Source: Raillietiella orientalis
Lineage: Eukaryota
Direction of reading: 5' to 3'
DNA: 64,000 nucleotides
Assembly: GCA_036172245.1 (NCBI GenBank)
Contig: JAYWIR010000003.1
Span: 6,572,001-6,636,000 of the forward strand
The stretch's first letter is position 1. Each line of letters starts with the position of its first letter. Both the position numbers and the translations under genes were made by a program. Below are positions 39,101-53,094 of the stretch, piece after piece. The notes beneath the pieces were generated by a model. It was not told where the DNA came from, did no database searches, and worked only from the letters and a program-made list of their open reading frames with translations.

Positions 39101-41733
39101 TTTGTTGTTGATGCTGTCTTGCTATCATTTCCGATATTATGGGAAAATTCCATGCGTCCTCCAGGCAGAGAAGCTGACGTGGCCTAAACCAAGTTTACTC
39201 AAAACATTTAAGATTGAAGAGTTAAATTAACTTATTTGTGGTTGGTCCAATTGGAGCATTGGCTAGATGCCTTTGAAGAAAAGCAATCTTCTCTTGCAAA
39301 TTGCTTTCCATCGATCTATTTGAAAGATTCTGAATAGCATGCATGTAGCAAGTTAATGCATCTCTTGGTTGATCATTATCTTCATAAAGCATTCCTACAA
39401 AATTTTACAGCAACATGTGAGTACACATTTTTTCCACATTCATGATTTACCTAAATTAACCCAGGCAGATGAATGATGTTTGTCTAATTGCACTGCACAA
39501 ATATATGCTTGCAAAGCATCCATTGCCTGATTTTGTTGTTGATACAAAACTCCAATGGAGCACCATGTATCAGCATTAGCTTCAGATTTGTCCACTGAAC
39601 TCCTAGAAAAAGAACATTGCCTACCACACAGATTAGAAATATACCTCATTTCTTAATAGGACTCTAACTATAATACTGTAACACATCAGTTGAACTTCAG
39701 TTAAATTTACATACTAGAGACCATAATTAAAATAATATCAATAGTCCACCTGTAAGCAAGGAATGCATCGTGTATCTTTCCTGCTGCGGAAAAACAGCGT
39801 CCTAATAAATACAAAGATATGCCTGATTTGGAATCTGCTTTAACGGACTCTTCCAAATATTTTAAAGCAAGTTGGTTTTTTTGATTTCTTTCAGATAAAT
39901 AGTCAACTGAATGAATTAGCCAACCTATTTAATGATATCTTCAAATGTAATTTAACAAGGATGTCACTTACCAAGTTGCCTGTATAAATCTGCTTTTAAA
40001 GGCTCTGGTAGGTTCTTTTCAGATAATAGATTTTCATATTCTTCTTTGGCCTGCCGATATTTTTTTTCTATTTCCAATAAACTTGCAATGTGAAATTTTA
40101 CTATGGAAATATGAACACGACTGTTATCAATTCGGAAAACACATTCATCAAGAGATAATTCATTTCAGATTACTCATTTTGAAAAGCCGTTCATGCATCA
40201 CAGGGCAAAAAATGCTTTTACCAAAACGAGTCGCAATCATACACGAACCCTGGACTGAACTTGGAAAACAATTTCACTCAGTTATTCGATTATTTGAAGT
40301 TTACCATAAAAGGAAAATTTAACACACCATGCATGAACAGTTGATTTGATACCAATTAAAGACTAGAAGACACACACATGCAATACAACAAAAAAGATGA
40401 GATACAATGCATTCTGGGTTATTCGAGAATTAGGGAATTTCAATGACAAGGATAATTACTTTTCTAAATACAAAAATACAAAAAACACCACTATGCAATT
40501 AAGGTTCAAGGGTGATTGAACTTGGGGATTAAAGGTATCAAGCAACACAAGACCATATTCAGTTCATTAGATCTAACAAAATTAATGCAAATGCATACTC
40601 TGTGCCTTTGTTAATGTGCAAGCACTATTGTCTATCAAGGCAAGCAGAAAATGCTTATGAGAAGACTTGAAATTTCCAGTGATCTTGTATATCAGACCAA
40701 GTCGGATATGAACTTCATTTGCTCTCAAAAAGCCTGGGTCTAAATACAGCAGTTGCAGGAACACTTGCTTGGACCTAAAAATTTAAAAACAGATTTTACC
40801 GATCCACATATCCAAATGATGAACGTTAACAAAACACTTGTCCAAAATCATCCACTTGTTATAATATGAAATGGAAGAGAGAGGGGGAGAGAGAGGAAGA
40901 AAAAATCGTTTCGGAGACGTAAACTTTGGTAAGGATGAGGTGACTTTGGGCAGTAAGCACAAATCCATTTCGGGATGTTTAACACAGACACGAAGTCCAA
41001 CATACTGTAATTCACTTCTGAGACCCCCACACATGCACGACAACCCCCTGCATAAACCACTGGCAAAAAATATACGTTTCCCATGGATCAGGAACTGTTC
41101 ACTGGCTTCATACGCAGGGATCACGCATGCGCGACTTGCGTGAAGACGGGGGCGACCCCCCCCCCTTCTCCCAACAAAATCCACCGTCGTAACTTCCATG
41201 CACGAACAGGATTTGGAATCAAAGTTTTTCACCTTCATCATCATCGTCATCGTCATCGTCTCCAAGGACTAAAAAGCTCGGGTAAGCAGCCGCACGCGGT
41301 CTTCGTAGCAGCCTGGGTTGCAGGGTGAGAGACCAAAAAGCCAGACGCACTGCTGCTAACCTGGTTCTGCTACTGGCAAGAGAGGCTGCGAAAAATCTCA
41401 CGGCAACCCGAACGGGAGCAGCAGCAGCAGCAGCAGCATCCCTCGCGACGCGCACGTCTTTTATCAACACAACAACGCGGCGGCGGCTCTTGGCGTGCGG
41501 ACCATTCGCGGACGCACGCCAGTGACATCTGGCAACACTTGTGCGGGAGCTACGTCACACGCCCCCGAGTTCATTGGACAAAGGGCCGTGCCGAGGGCAG
41601 CCAGCCGCTGGGGAGGAGGAAGGGGACGGGGATTTTCGGGACGCGCGCCCTCGCGAAAACAACGAAGCGGGAAGGGAAAACAGTTAGGAAGGCGAGGGAG
41701 GGGGGGGGGAGAGAAAACAAAAACAAAAGCACG

Positions 41734-41765
<32 letters not shown>

Positions 41766-44671
41766 CATATATATATACATTTACCATGCAAATGCCTTGA
41801 AATGAAAATAAACAAGCCCGAGTCCATACAAAAAACTGGCATCCTTCCAGTATTCATCACTGTGATTGTAGAATTTCTGATATGCAGAGAGGGCTGAAAA
41901 GAAAAAGAAAAAAATCCTCTTGTTCCCAGTCACAAATGATTTGCAACTGGTCAAAAAAACAAAAAACAAAAACAAAAATGCACGGCACCAGGCTGCCCGC
42001 ATTGGAATTGGGCTTTGGCACCAGCGCGCGGTGGGCAATGAAGCACCACCGCTCGCACCCCCGTGGGCTATCGTGGTGGTGGTTTCATCGCAAAACTTCA
42101 CCAACTTCCAACACGCTCACTATGGGGTACAGTACGAATCGTAACGTACTTTGCGAAGACGTCACATCACTTGGGAAACGATCACCACCTCTTCTGCCTG
42201 CGGAAACTGGCAGCAAATTCCTTCAACAAATTCCTATTAAACCAAGGCTCACATACAAGAAAAACTCTACGTTTTTTTTTTTCTTTTTCTTTTTTTTTCA
42301 CTTAACACAATAACGAGGTACTTCCCACACAATATTAAAATCCTCAATCAAATAATAAACAAAAGCAAACGTTTGCAGCTCCTGGTACCACATCAAAGGA
42401 AAAAATTTTCATGAATGCCCAAGACTTTTTAAATTCAAGACATTTTGGGCGATGATAAGACAATTTTAAGGCAATACCAAATATGTAGTGGGTCAACGCT
42501 TCCAATTAATAAGCCATTAAAATATACATCGGGCAGTCATTAAAATTTTTGCGAACTGATTTGCCAACACAAAGAAAAAGCATTTCAGAAATCCCATTCG
42601 AAATACGACACTTGCAAAGGGGCATTTGTTTTCATCTTTAACATGCAATGCCCAAGTGATTATCTGCATCAATACCATTTATGAATCCAAACAAAGGCAA
42701 ATGTTGAAAACAAAAACTTTGGTAAGAACTCTTGACACAGAAATCCTTACTTTGCACAGGGGGACAAATGTTACAAAAGCCACAATAATTGCGATTAAAA
42801 CATTGGGAAAAAAAACATGGCCCCTACTTGCATATTAAAGATCTGAAAGCAAAAAATCACAAAATTCCCCACGTTTCAAAGGTGGTAATCTAAACTGAGA
42901 ACTTGAGGTGCTTACAACAAAGACAAATGTTTATCCATTCGGAATTTGGGGATAAAGCATAGAAAAAACCTTCTTTTCATAATTAAATCTCAAAGGTGAT
43001 GATTTAAGTAACAAGGCCTTCAGAAACATCATAACATGAGTGCAAAAACTGTGGTTCAGCAGGAAAAAAAAAAGGAAACAATTATGCATTTCATGAAATT
43101 AAAGTCTGATCAAGTACATAATGCTTATGAACCAACTTTGGAAACAAAATACTAAATCCAACATTTATGCACAAATAGATCATCAGATCCCCACAGTAAC
43201 TGAAGGTGACCACCTGACTTCAGATAGGATGTTGTCAAATATTAAAATGCCTTACTGACAACAGTAGAAACTCCAATTTATACATAACTAGTCACTTTAT
43301 GGAAAATTAAGAAAAAAATATTATTTCAAAACAAACCTCTATGTTTTTTTGTTTTTTTGTTTCATTTCTGAGCCCATCTGTTTTTTAAAAACACATCAAC
43401 CACAAGATCAGCAGAACTGACAATATGAACCCACCTTTTCAAACTGTGCTAATTAACCAGAATGAAAAGACTGCTTATAATTGCTTCACAACAAGGTCAA
43501 AGACATAAACATGAGAAGAAGAAAACAAATCGGAAATCCCTGATTGAAAAGTATTGATTGTAAACATCATGAAACGTCACAAACATAAAAAAGAAAAAAA
43601 TCCTTTACAGAATCAAATTTGAATTACCTACTTGATCAGGACATCTGGAAAAGCTTGTACATTTATCCTACAAAATCTATATTTGAACTGTTTTGAAAAT
43701 ATGCAATATATAAAAAAAAAACATATGTACATCTTACACTTTGGAAAGTCTTCTAACAGTAAATGAAGATGACCTAACTTGCAGAACATCTTAAAATCCA
43801 CAGTTTTTTCATTGTTGCCTTGCAGTTTCAAGGGTAGCTTACTTTTATCCTTAACAGTTGATTGTAACAGTAGTTTTTCCATGTACTTCACACCCTGAAA
43901 ATTTCAATTAGCTAGACTACAAATACCATCCAACTACCACAACAGTTTATCATCAATAATCTCTCAATTAATTGCTAAAAACTTATGTAAAAGTCATGGA
44001 AAATGCATTTCAAAGACAAACAACCTTTACTTTGTTGATTTGAAAACCGCAGACACATAAGTTGTATCATAGAATTCTTGATTCGCACCTAACTCTATCA
44101 ATAAACTTACTTAAAAGGGTATTATCTAATAGACAGTTTTGTGACTTCTAAGTAATTATAATGAAAAATTCATAATTAGAGTCATGGATACCTTATTGAC
44201 CATTTTATGGATGACAGATTCTGCAACATCAAGAGACCGTTTGCAATTCCAGAATCTGCAAGTTTACCTACTCCCATGAAAATTCAAATGTTCATGTACA
44301 TATTTACACATAAACACATGAATATAAGGAAAACCACTGTGTTTAATACATGACTTCTGAAGTAAATATTTATTGAAAATAAGAATATGAATAATTTTGC
44401 TTCCAAACCCATTCTTCATATTGCTATTACATGATTCTAATATACAAAACTACTAACCTTAGTAACAATAGCCTTTTTCTTTGCATTCTGGGAGCTACTT
44501 AAACGTAGGAATCCAAAGTCTTGACTGAAAACAAACAGAGTTATTGAACCTCGTTGAGATTTTAAATATCCACACAGATTCTAATCTCTACAAAAAAATG
44601 TGCTAAAGACCACGATACCTATCTAACGTATGTAAGAACTGTATCTCTTCAAGCAATAGGCCTTCTTGCAT
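36189..44671 (-). CDS. KDM6A: H3K27 demethylase KDM6A/Utx (TPR repeats, JmjC, C-terminal zinc-binding domain), about 18 exons
   Basis: Starts [27 protein letters not shown] motifs include [26 protein letters not shown] and [31 protein letters not shown]. The JmjC domain has intact metal ligands ([18 protein letters not shown]). The zinc region reads [12 protein letters not shown]...YCQNC. The last small exon gives [17 protein letters not shown]; if that intron is unspliced the stop is at 36249. Confidence 0.96.
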
Positions 44672-45459
44672 TTTAAACTTCCATTTAATACTGTAATAAA
44701 ATTTTATGGTAATTTTGTTGAGTTCACAATAAACTACCAAATTCTGAGGAATAGAAATATAAAAATATGAACTTTAGGTTCTTTCTGACACGGTCACTTT
44801 CGCAGTTAAGGAGCATTCTTTAGCAGAAACCTGTATTATTACTATTATTGTTTTTTTTTCCACAATATCAAACTACTTAATAAAACTTTTCCCACATTGG
44901 ACAACTTCTTACACACGAGCAGAGAACAAACTGAACATGGGCCGAACTATTCATAACCTGTTCTCGTAAACTCCTGATTTTCCTCACTTGTTTCTATCGT
45001 CTTTTCTTGTCCTTGGATAACATGATCTTGAGCATTTTCAAACCCTGTGCTCACTTTCACACATTTCCAACCGCAAATTGAAATTATTATTCTGCAACTG
45101 AGTTCCAATATCCTTCTACACTTGCATTCTGTGCCTTTTTTCTTCCTTTGTTTGTTTCTTTCTTCCCCTTTTTTTTTTTTTTTTTTTTCCTTTTTTTTTT
45201 CCTTTTTTTTTTTTTCTCGTTTCACGTCACGCACGTTCTTTGATTAGTCACTGGCACCCCACATAGCTGATCCCTTACACATATCTCCGCCTCGGTTTGC
45301 CCAGAGTGTGCACTCGTCTGTACACACAGGTGTACGCAACACGTTCGCGTCAACTGCACCCGGCCAACACTTTGAACACCACCGGCAGCAGCAGAAGGCC
45401 GTTCGTGCCCACTCCGACCGGCGACGGCGATCCTCCGGCGAGCGGACGCGTGGTGCTGG

Positions 45460-45462
<3 letters not shown>

Positions 45463-45492
<30 letters not shown>
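45463..45492. repeat. (AGC)n trinucleotide repeat upstream of KDM6A
   Basis: Uninterrupted AGC/CAG run in a CpG-rich block. Confidence 0.9.
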
Positions 45493-48400
45493 TCCTCCTC
45501 CTCGATGGCGACGGTGACGACGATGATGATGATGACGGAAAAGAGCTCAAAGAGCCTCGCGCCACGCCAAAGGCTCGCTGTGAAGGTATTTTAGGTGTTT
45601 CCCCCCCCGCACGGGAGGGCCTCGGCCGGAGAGGTCGTGCAGAGGAACCGCCGCCACCAACACCCTCACTATTCGAACGTCTGTTGAAAAGCCGTTCCAG
45701 GTCGGTGGAAACGAAGCATTCTGAAGATTGCGCGCAGCTTCCTCCGTGACCGTCGAGGAAACGCTGCGATAAGGAAGAAGGTCTGCTCGTGATCTAAACT
45801 TCCGGTCAACAGAGTCACAGAGTAGTAGCCATACGCAGGGCGGAGAGGAGGAAGGAAGGAAGAAGAAGAAGAAAGGGGCGAAAAATCGAAATTATTCCCG
45901 AAGGCAACCCCATGCAGAGAAGGAAAAAAAAAAAAAAAAGTCACCTTCTTGCCTTTCGAAGTCTTTTTGGTAGAGTACACTGCACTTTTCTTCTTCTTGT
46001 TCAGATCTCCATACGCATGTTCGCAGACGCGGAGGATTCCTTATCGGTACCTCGGAGGAGATCTCATGCTTCGACCGAGGTTGGCATCCGTATCCACGAT
46101 TTTTCGCTTCCCTGCTTCCGCAGCCCGAAAAGCATCTTCAAAATTCCTTGAAGGTAATTCCTCCTTCATTTGCGCCTTACGACGTTCTCTGAAGGTTCCT
46201 GTCGGCTTCATCAGCTGCTCTTCGTCGATCGAAAGATGCAGACCACAGTCCGTTCTCCCGGAGGTGAATCGATCGGTTTCCGAACGTCTTCCAATCATGA
46301 AATCCGAGTACCCTTCCGATATTTGTTGTTCCTTCTGCAGTTTCGTTTCTCCCTCGAGATCACAGACTGCTTGTAGAACTGGACCACATGAGCTTGCACA
46401 TTGCCCCCGAGCACGCTGTTTCCGGTTGCTGGTCGCCATGCATGCAGGAGGATACTTTGTATTGAATCCCTGACGTTATGACTTTTTCAGAGTTCCTTTA
46501 AGGAAATGGAATTCTCCCCTGTAGTTTTAGCAACTGCTTATTCGAATGTTTTCCCTATGTAGCTCAAGTGATGCGACGGTCCCTTTGGCCGATGGACTGC
46601 AAAGAAGATTTTGTCTTTGGCAGAGAACGAAAAAAAATTTGTTTCTTCATCTCCAGACAATGAACCGAGTGTAGTAGGGATGTCCAGGGGCGATTTCCAA
46701 AACCAGTAGCATTTTGAAAGCAATACTATTTTTCCACGGCTGGGCAAAAGTGGCTTAAGGATCAATCCGTGAACGACCTCTTATCTGAAACGTCCACATA
46801 ACCGGAAATGATGCACGGTTGTCGCGTGAGCGCAACAGGATGTGGATGGGAGCAGAGGATTCCATTTAAGATTGCCTTGAGCATCAACTCCTCACCAGAA
46901 TGTCAGACGATCTCTATCCACTTCACACCCTAATCGAGTTTTTCCTTGCGTGAGAATGCAAGTTCCGGAAGGCATCCTTTTCCAGAAGAAACCGGTTTAT
47001 ATCCACACCGGAGATCCACGAACAGCCGTATCCACCACATCCGATGGTTTTCTATAAAGCATTTGCAGTATTCGCGGTCTTCATCTGAGCTGGGCTGCCT
47101 GTCCGGTAATTTGGACGTTGTGCATTTGGGCGCGACTGGTCAAACACTTGCATTAAACGTTCCTTCTACTTATTTTTTTTTTCTTCTTCTTTCACTCCCT
47201 TAAACACATTCAAAGCTTTTATCTGGATGTTTGCGTTGCTAACTAGAATGAATTTTCAATCCATAAAAATTTCAATCTAAATCCTTTCCTTGCATTTTCC
47301 ATCTGTAGGGTTAAAAGACGCTCTACTTCCATCGTGGGATCACTCCCACGCTCTGTAAATATTTGCAAGCCACAAAAAAGCTGAATTTACTCCCATTTTC
47401 TTCTATTCCCTGTGCTGGTTTAAAATGTTCCTCACCACCGTCGATTCCCCATTGCTGCTTCTCGTCCACTTGCAGAGCTGCCATGGTATCATTCGTGTGA
47501 CTGAATCACGTCAAATTTTGGCTCTCATAACAGGTCACTTCTCTTTTGAAGTCACTTCACTTTGATGATTTTTTCTGAAAAAACAGTCCACTGGTCCATT
47601 TTCTTGGAACAGTTTTTAAAACGATTAAAAGAAATCATTTGAAGCTCAGATCGAAATGGCAGCGTCTAAAACTCTGAAAGAGAAACAGACAATCCTAACT
47701 TCGCATGAGCTAGCCCAGATTAACTGAATTTGGCTCCCATTAAATAAGATCTGCATTCCTATGCAAAAAGTCGAATTTGCAATGAACGAGGTTTCCCTGT
47801 AATTATTTTCTTATGGGAAATCATCAGGAATCATTGGCTGTCTCCCCCCCCCCCCCGCGCGCGCTCCCGTCTTCTCAAGAAGACTTCACATGGAACATTC
47901 TCTTTGCAGACTCTTTTCCTTCTCCTGCATGGCGTCCTATTTAAAGAAGGCTAATCAAAGTCGAAGATTATTTAAGAGATGAGATGCAATTTTCTCTCAG
48001 ATGGAAACCTCCCTCTCAATCTCCTGGTTACGAGTAACTTTGATATTGAACTTTGGAAAAGACTTAGGTCAACTGTACAGTATAGAGTCTACATTCGTCC
48101 CTTTCAAGAGCAAAGACTTTAATGACTCGTTTCTCGCCATCTGTTAACTCTACGTGAATCACAACTAAACCAACGGAGAAAGACGCAGCTTCCAACTCAT
48201 CACAGCGAGTCTCCAAATAGCAAACCACACTAATTCTATGCAGTAGAAATAGAGAACGAGAACTTATGTCTGATGGAACAAAAAGAAAATCCACTTCAGT
48301 GGGTTCTTGCAACTTGAGATTTAGTAAACTTTGATGAATGAGTTTCAGATAATTTCCAAGCAGACTTAAACAAATGTGACTGATGTCCCCTTGAGCCCAA

Positions 48401-48779
48401 GATAAACAAATGACATCATCCGATCTCGATTGAACTTTCCTCAGACTTTATAAACATCCATAAGTTTTTCAAAAAGGGATCGAAACGCTGCGAACTACGT
48501 AAAGAATATAGAATTCAAAATGCCTTGAACGATAAATCTGATTTTGAATACAGGAAAACCAAAAGGAGACTAAAATAGGAGGAATCAAGAATAGTCACCC
48601 GTGATTTGTCACATGGAGCAGCCTCAAGAATAAGAGTAGTGTCTGGAAAGTTTTGTACAGTAATTAAACAGCTGTGACTATTGTACGTAATGGTTTTAAG
48701 TCTTGCATGTGATTCGAGGGTACGGAAGACAAGAGAATGTATTAAATTCATTGGAGGTAGTTCATTGCTTTGGATTTTA

Positions 48780-49190
48780 AAGTTCATTCCATTCTCGGCA
48801 ATGACCGTTATCCCACGATCTCCTTTCATAAAAAGATCCTAGTTCTCCTCCGGGATCACCACATCCATTTATTGACAGGATGCTCCGGAATACTACCACC
48901 CTCTTTAAGATCACTACACATTTCGCGTTTGCCACTTGCTCTCGTTGGTTACACAAATGCAAGGGATCGCAAATTCTCATCAAAGATCCCAAATGCTTAC
49001 AGCGTGAGTTTTCTGCATCGGCTCGGATCTTCCCGGGGACGCAACGCTCGCCAACCCACTCCACTGTGACAGCTCTCTTGGCTCCTCAAAACGCCTCCGG
49101 ACATCCAGATAAGCGTGATGCTGGGCAATCTGCAGGACTTGCAATCGTATATTCCGAAACAAGCCATAAATCTACCACACAAGTAATCGC
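48780..49190 (-). mobile_element. Possible heavily degraded LTR-retrotransposon (Ty3/Gypsy-like) integrase relic
   Basis: RLQVLQIAQHHAYLDVRRRFEEPRELSQWSGLASVASPGRSEPMQK resembles the spacing of the integrase H2C2 zinc-binding region with key residues mutated. The downstream NGHCREWNEL resembles the NG..ER.N core motif. Frames are broken and no LTRs were seen. Confidence 0.3.
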
Positions 49191-52100
49191 ATCTGTCCTA
49201 TATATTTCCAATACTCACGTCTATCCTAGCTATGTAAGTCATGAAGGGTAATACAAGAACATTTGAGTCCTCGTACTTGACGAGTGCTGCTTCTCAAAGT
49301 TTGCTGTTCTCTTGCAATCATCTTGCTTGAAATCTCCATGATGATTCACGGTAATAACTCCTTGTAGTAAACACCCATGTGCTTACTACTGATGCTACAC
49401 ATTACCCAGCTAAGTAGTTCCAAAAAAAGGATTTTGCCATAGTCTTTCCGCCTGGTAAAGTAAATCACGAAGGCCAGTATATCGATGTGAACTTTATGGT
49501 TTTAATTTACTTAATGGAGGAATTCCTGGTAAATAATCAATTCATTGCTTTAAATTCATTCTAAATCAGTAGTGAGGAAAAACGTCAGTGATTGATGGAG
49601 ATAATATTGATTCGCATTAGTATTCCTAACGAACAATCAAGTGATGGTGAATAGATAAAATCAATGTGTTCTTGGAATCAAGAGAGCAATGCTGAATCTT
49701 GTTTTACCTATGTAAATCATATTTAGGCGTGTTTGAGTTGCTTCTTGTTCCGTGACAAAAATTCATATGATTGCGTTACTACTTGGCATCATGTTTTTAG
49801 ATGGAGCATAATTCGAAAAGTTGGCAGGAATGACATAAGATCACCTCCTCATCTTCTCTCTCTCATGAAAACTAAAGTGATAGCAAAATGTGGATGAGGA
49901 CTGATTAAGAAAATCTTCCTAGTGCAAGAGTAGAAAAGTGTTCATAAAACAGCATCGAATTCTCGCAGGCTGAGAGAATGGGAAACATTTTATCGTTTCT
50001 TGAATCTTGGTCTGCCTTGTTTTCCTATTTCGTGTTCCCATTTCTTTTTGTGTTTGTCCCTCTCATTCTATCTTTGTTTTTTTTTTCAGTTTTTTAAAAA
50101 ATTCAGTCGAAAATGCCATAGTAGGAGGAGGGAAGGAGACGAGGAACTTGGCTAAAAAAGTTTCCTAAAGGCATTTTCTTTTGAGCAATTCAAGGTAGAG
50201 TCCGCCAATGATTGTTAAACAGCAGCCCCATTTTGAACGTATCCAGTGAAGAAAATAATTGGATATGAAATGGATAGCATGAATTAAAGACTGCATTGGA
50301 TGAAAGTGTCTCGTTTTGTGATGTTGCATTCAAAGCCTTAGGAAACGGGTGTGGAACCATGTTTCTTGATTATTAGAGAAGTGATTCGACGTAGGGACGA
50401 AATGCTGCCTGAGGCCGACGATGGCAAATGACTTGAATTCCAGCTTGTGATATTTACGAGGGATTCTCAGCTACATGTACTTCTTTGTTGTACATGTGAC
50501 CCACATCATTCGGTATGTATTCCTTCCTTCCTAACAGACACCATTTCGTTAACAACGTGATTATGGTATGCAGTTGGAAGCTGAAATCCGAAATGCAGAA
50601 GATCAGCTTGTAATGATCAAGTGTAGCCCCCCCTCAACATGCTGGAAAAGAAAACTTTCTGAAAGGCGTTTAATATAGCCGCGTTATTAAAAATTCTTGG
50701 GAATCATTGTGCATAGTCTTTCCACCCACTAACTTTGGAATTTCTTATCTATGAATTTCAAACGCCTCTGGTGATCGTAAACAGCTAAGGCAAATCAGTA
50801 CTGAACGATGGTAAAAGTGTGTTTCGAGCTGTTTCTTGAGTATAAAAGAAAGTATTGTAATTAGCGGTTACTCCTATAAGGAGTTTTCCACGAATCATTT
50901 TTTTTAAAAAAAGCTCGTACGCACAAACCATGAAGAAAGCTCCTTCTTGCTCACGGGCCCTTTGTTCTCCACAGAACGCTGATTACTAAGAAAATAATTA
51001 ATGCAAATAAAATTAATCATAAAGCAATTCATACGAAATGCTCTTAACGTCGACATCAGAAGACTGTGGATGCCTCAGTTCTTATTACTGGTGCACAAGT
51101 CACATCTGGATATTACTAAGTCATTACGATACCGTGCTCAAACTTTGAGCCGTTCTAGAAGGACATTTTGTATTGCTGATGCTCATTTGAAAATTTTGCG
51201 ATCGCAGTCTCCCCATACATAGATTTGTTCACTTTGACGTATTCATGATCAGCATAATTATTTTTTGTGTTTGGAGAACATATGTCAATAGCAACAAGTC
51301 GAATCACTTGACACCTGATTCGATGTTTGCTTTACAAAGAATTTTTAGAACACAATCAATCAACTTGTCATTCGATTTTATGAGCTCACAAGCACTGTCG
51401 GCTGCTACGATACGATCCACGCTTTTCGACAATTATTATTTGATTATCCACTGAATCTGATTTTCTTTATTTTTCTTTGTTTTTTTTTTAAAAAAAAAAT
51501 TGGATGTCAAACGTCTGCGTGGATTAAAAATGACGTGCTACTTTTAATGTAATGCCACACTTTGCGACCATGCGACTAATGTTTACGGCTTGTTTTTTTC
51601 TGCTGATATTGCGTTCCATCCCGGTTGTTTATTGGAAAGATCTTTATCTACAAGGATTTCGTTTTTTCAATGACCTTGCAATACGAATACTTTTGCGATG
51701 TGCACAATTAATGTATTGTGTGACCAACATATACAAATGACATGCATAATTAATGCGTCCATTGATTGATGCATTGCATTTTGAGAATTCAAGTGTTCCG
51801 GGCTCTGATCTTAGTATTGTTGTTATTGTTCTGATATTGTTACAAAAGCGCCAATTCCATATCAGATGTTTCAGAACTTTAAAATATTCTTTGTAGAACT
51901 GGTTTGTAGAGCTGGTGAAATTTGGGATGTCAAGAACTGAAATTGCCATTACTAGTAACAACTTTTGTGAACCAAAGCTGAGTATCGTTCAATCAATTCA
52001 GAAAAACAAAATGTAATTTTTTTAACGACTCTTTTAATTTCTTTTCTTGGGCTGAAAATAATCATATGTACAGTCTTGTGCACATTTCGTGTAAAGTATT

Positions 52101-52839
52101 CATTCAAGTCTAGAAAAATTGTTCGTCTTCAAATATTGTAGAATTGCAGCACAGATCTGTCGACAACCTTGTCATTGTCAATTTTTTAATCTTGTTTTCC
52201 TTGAATTCGTGTACGAGAATTTCCACTGGATGAAAGGTAACTGTGTTTGGGAATCTTCAAAGTTCCTGTGCCGTGCATCCACAATAAATATCAAACTCCA
52301 AATGATGAAATGACGAAAATGAAACAATGTGCGAAAGGACGATTGCCAAATGAAACACAACGCATGTTTTTTACAATTAGGTTCAAAACGATACAAAGCA
52401 TGGAGAAGTTGGGAATTTTCTCTGCCAGCTTTCCCAATGAATATTAGGAACAATTTGCTCACATGGAAGACAAATCGTGACATCGGTGGAATATAAAAAT
52501 TAATTTTTGTGGCTTGTTTTTATTTTACGCCATTTACTGTTTGCGTGCAATTTTTTTTTTAAGAACGGTGAACAAATTAGAAGTTTAATTTTCCACCATA
52601 TATTAGATGAATTTTAGAATCTTAATTTAATTCAATAAAACACTCGTAATTATGCATTATTGGAAACACCAGCTTAGCGGTTTCTGTATTTATTTTGTCA
52701 TTCTGAAGTCTTTTTTTTAAAATGTCTGCCCATCCGCTTCCGAATCTTTAATGCGAGTGAGGCATACGAGCTAGTGTAGGTTCTTATTGTCATCAACATT
52801 TGTAGATTTTGTGGGTAATCCTAAACTTTATACATTTTC

Positions 52840-52870
52840 AGTGGTTTTAACGACCAACGTTAAAACCACT
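52840..52870. repeat. Perfect 13-bp hairpin upstream of the SRSF2 start codon
   Basis: agtggttttaacg, a 5-nt loop accaa, then cgttaaaaccact. Confidence 0.9.
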
Positions 52871-53094
52871 TAAATGAATAAAGTTGAGGTTATTGGGGAA
52901 ACCCATGCAAATACTTTAGCGGTTTTGTGTTAAATTTGTTTTCCTTTATTGAGATCTGGTTACGAGATTTCCATAAGATTTGCAAGTAATCTTGATGGCA
53001 GTAAATTTATGAGCTTTAATCGTGTAGTAACTCGGAATTGTATATTACTTTATTTATTTCAGTGTTTTCTTGAGTATCGTATAATAGGAAGACA

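Noticed and set aside
44526..44618. KDM6A intron 1 donor GTATCGTGG as a possible U12 site
   Set aside because: It lacks the CCTT core and there is no TCCTTAAC branch, so it is treated as U2-type.
45106..45290. Plus-strand ATATCCTT (AT-AC U12 donor-like) upstream of KDM6A
   Set aside because: No canonical branch sequence, no acceptor and no host ORF were found.
46041..46439. 132-aa minus-strand ORF with protein-like composition
   Set aside because: I recognise no homology and no supportable splice link to KDM6A.
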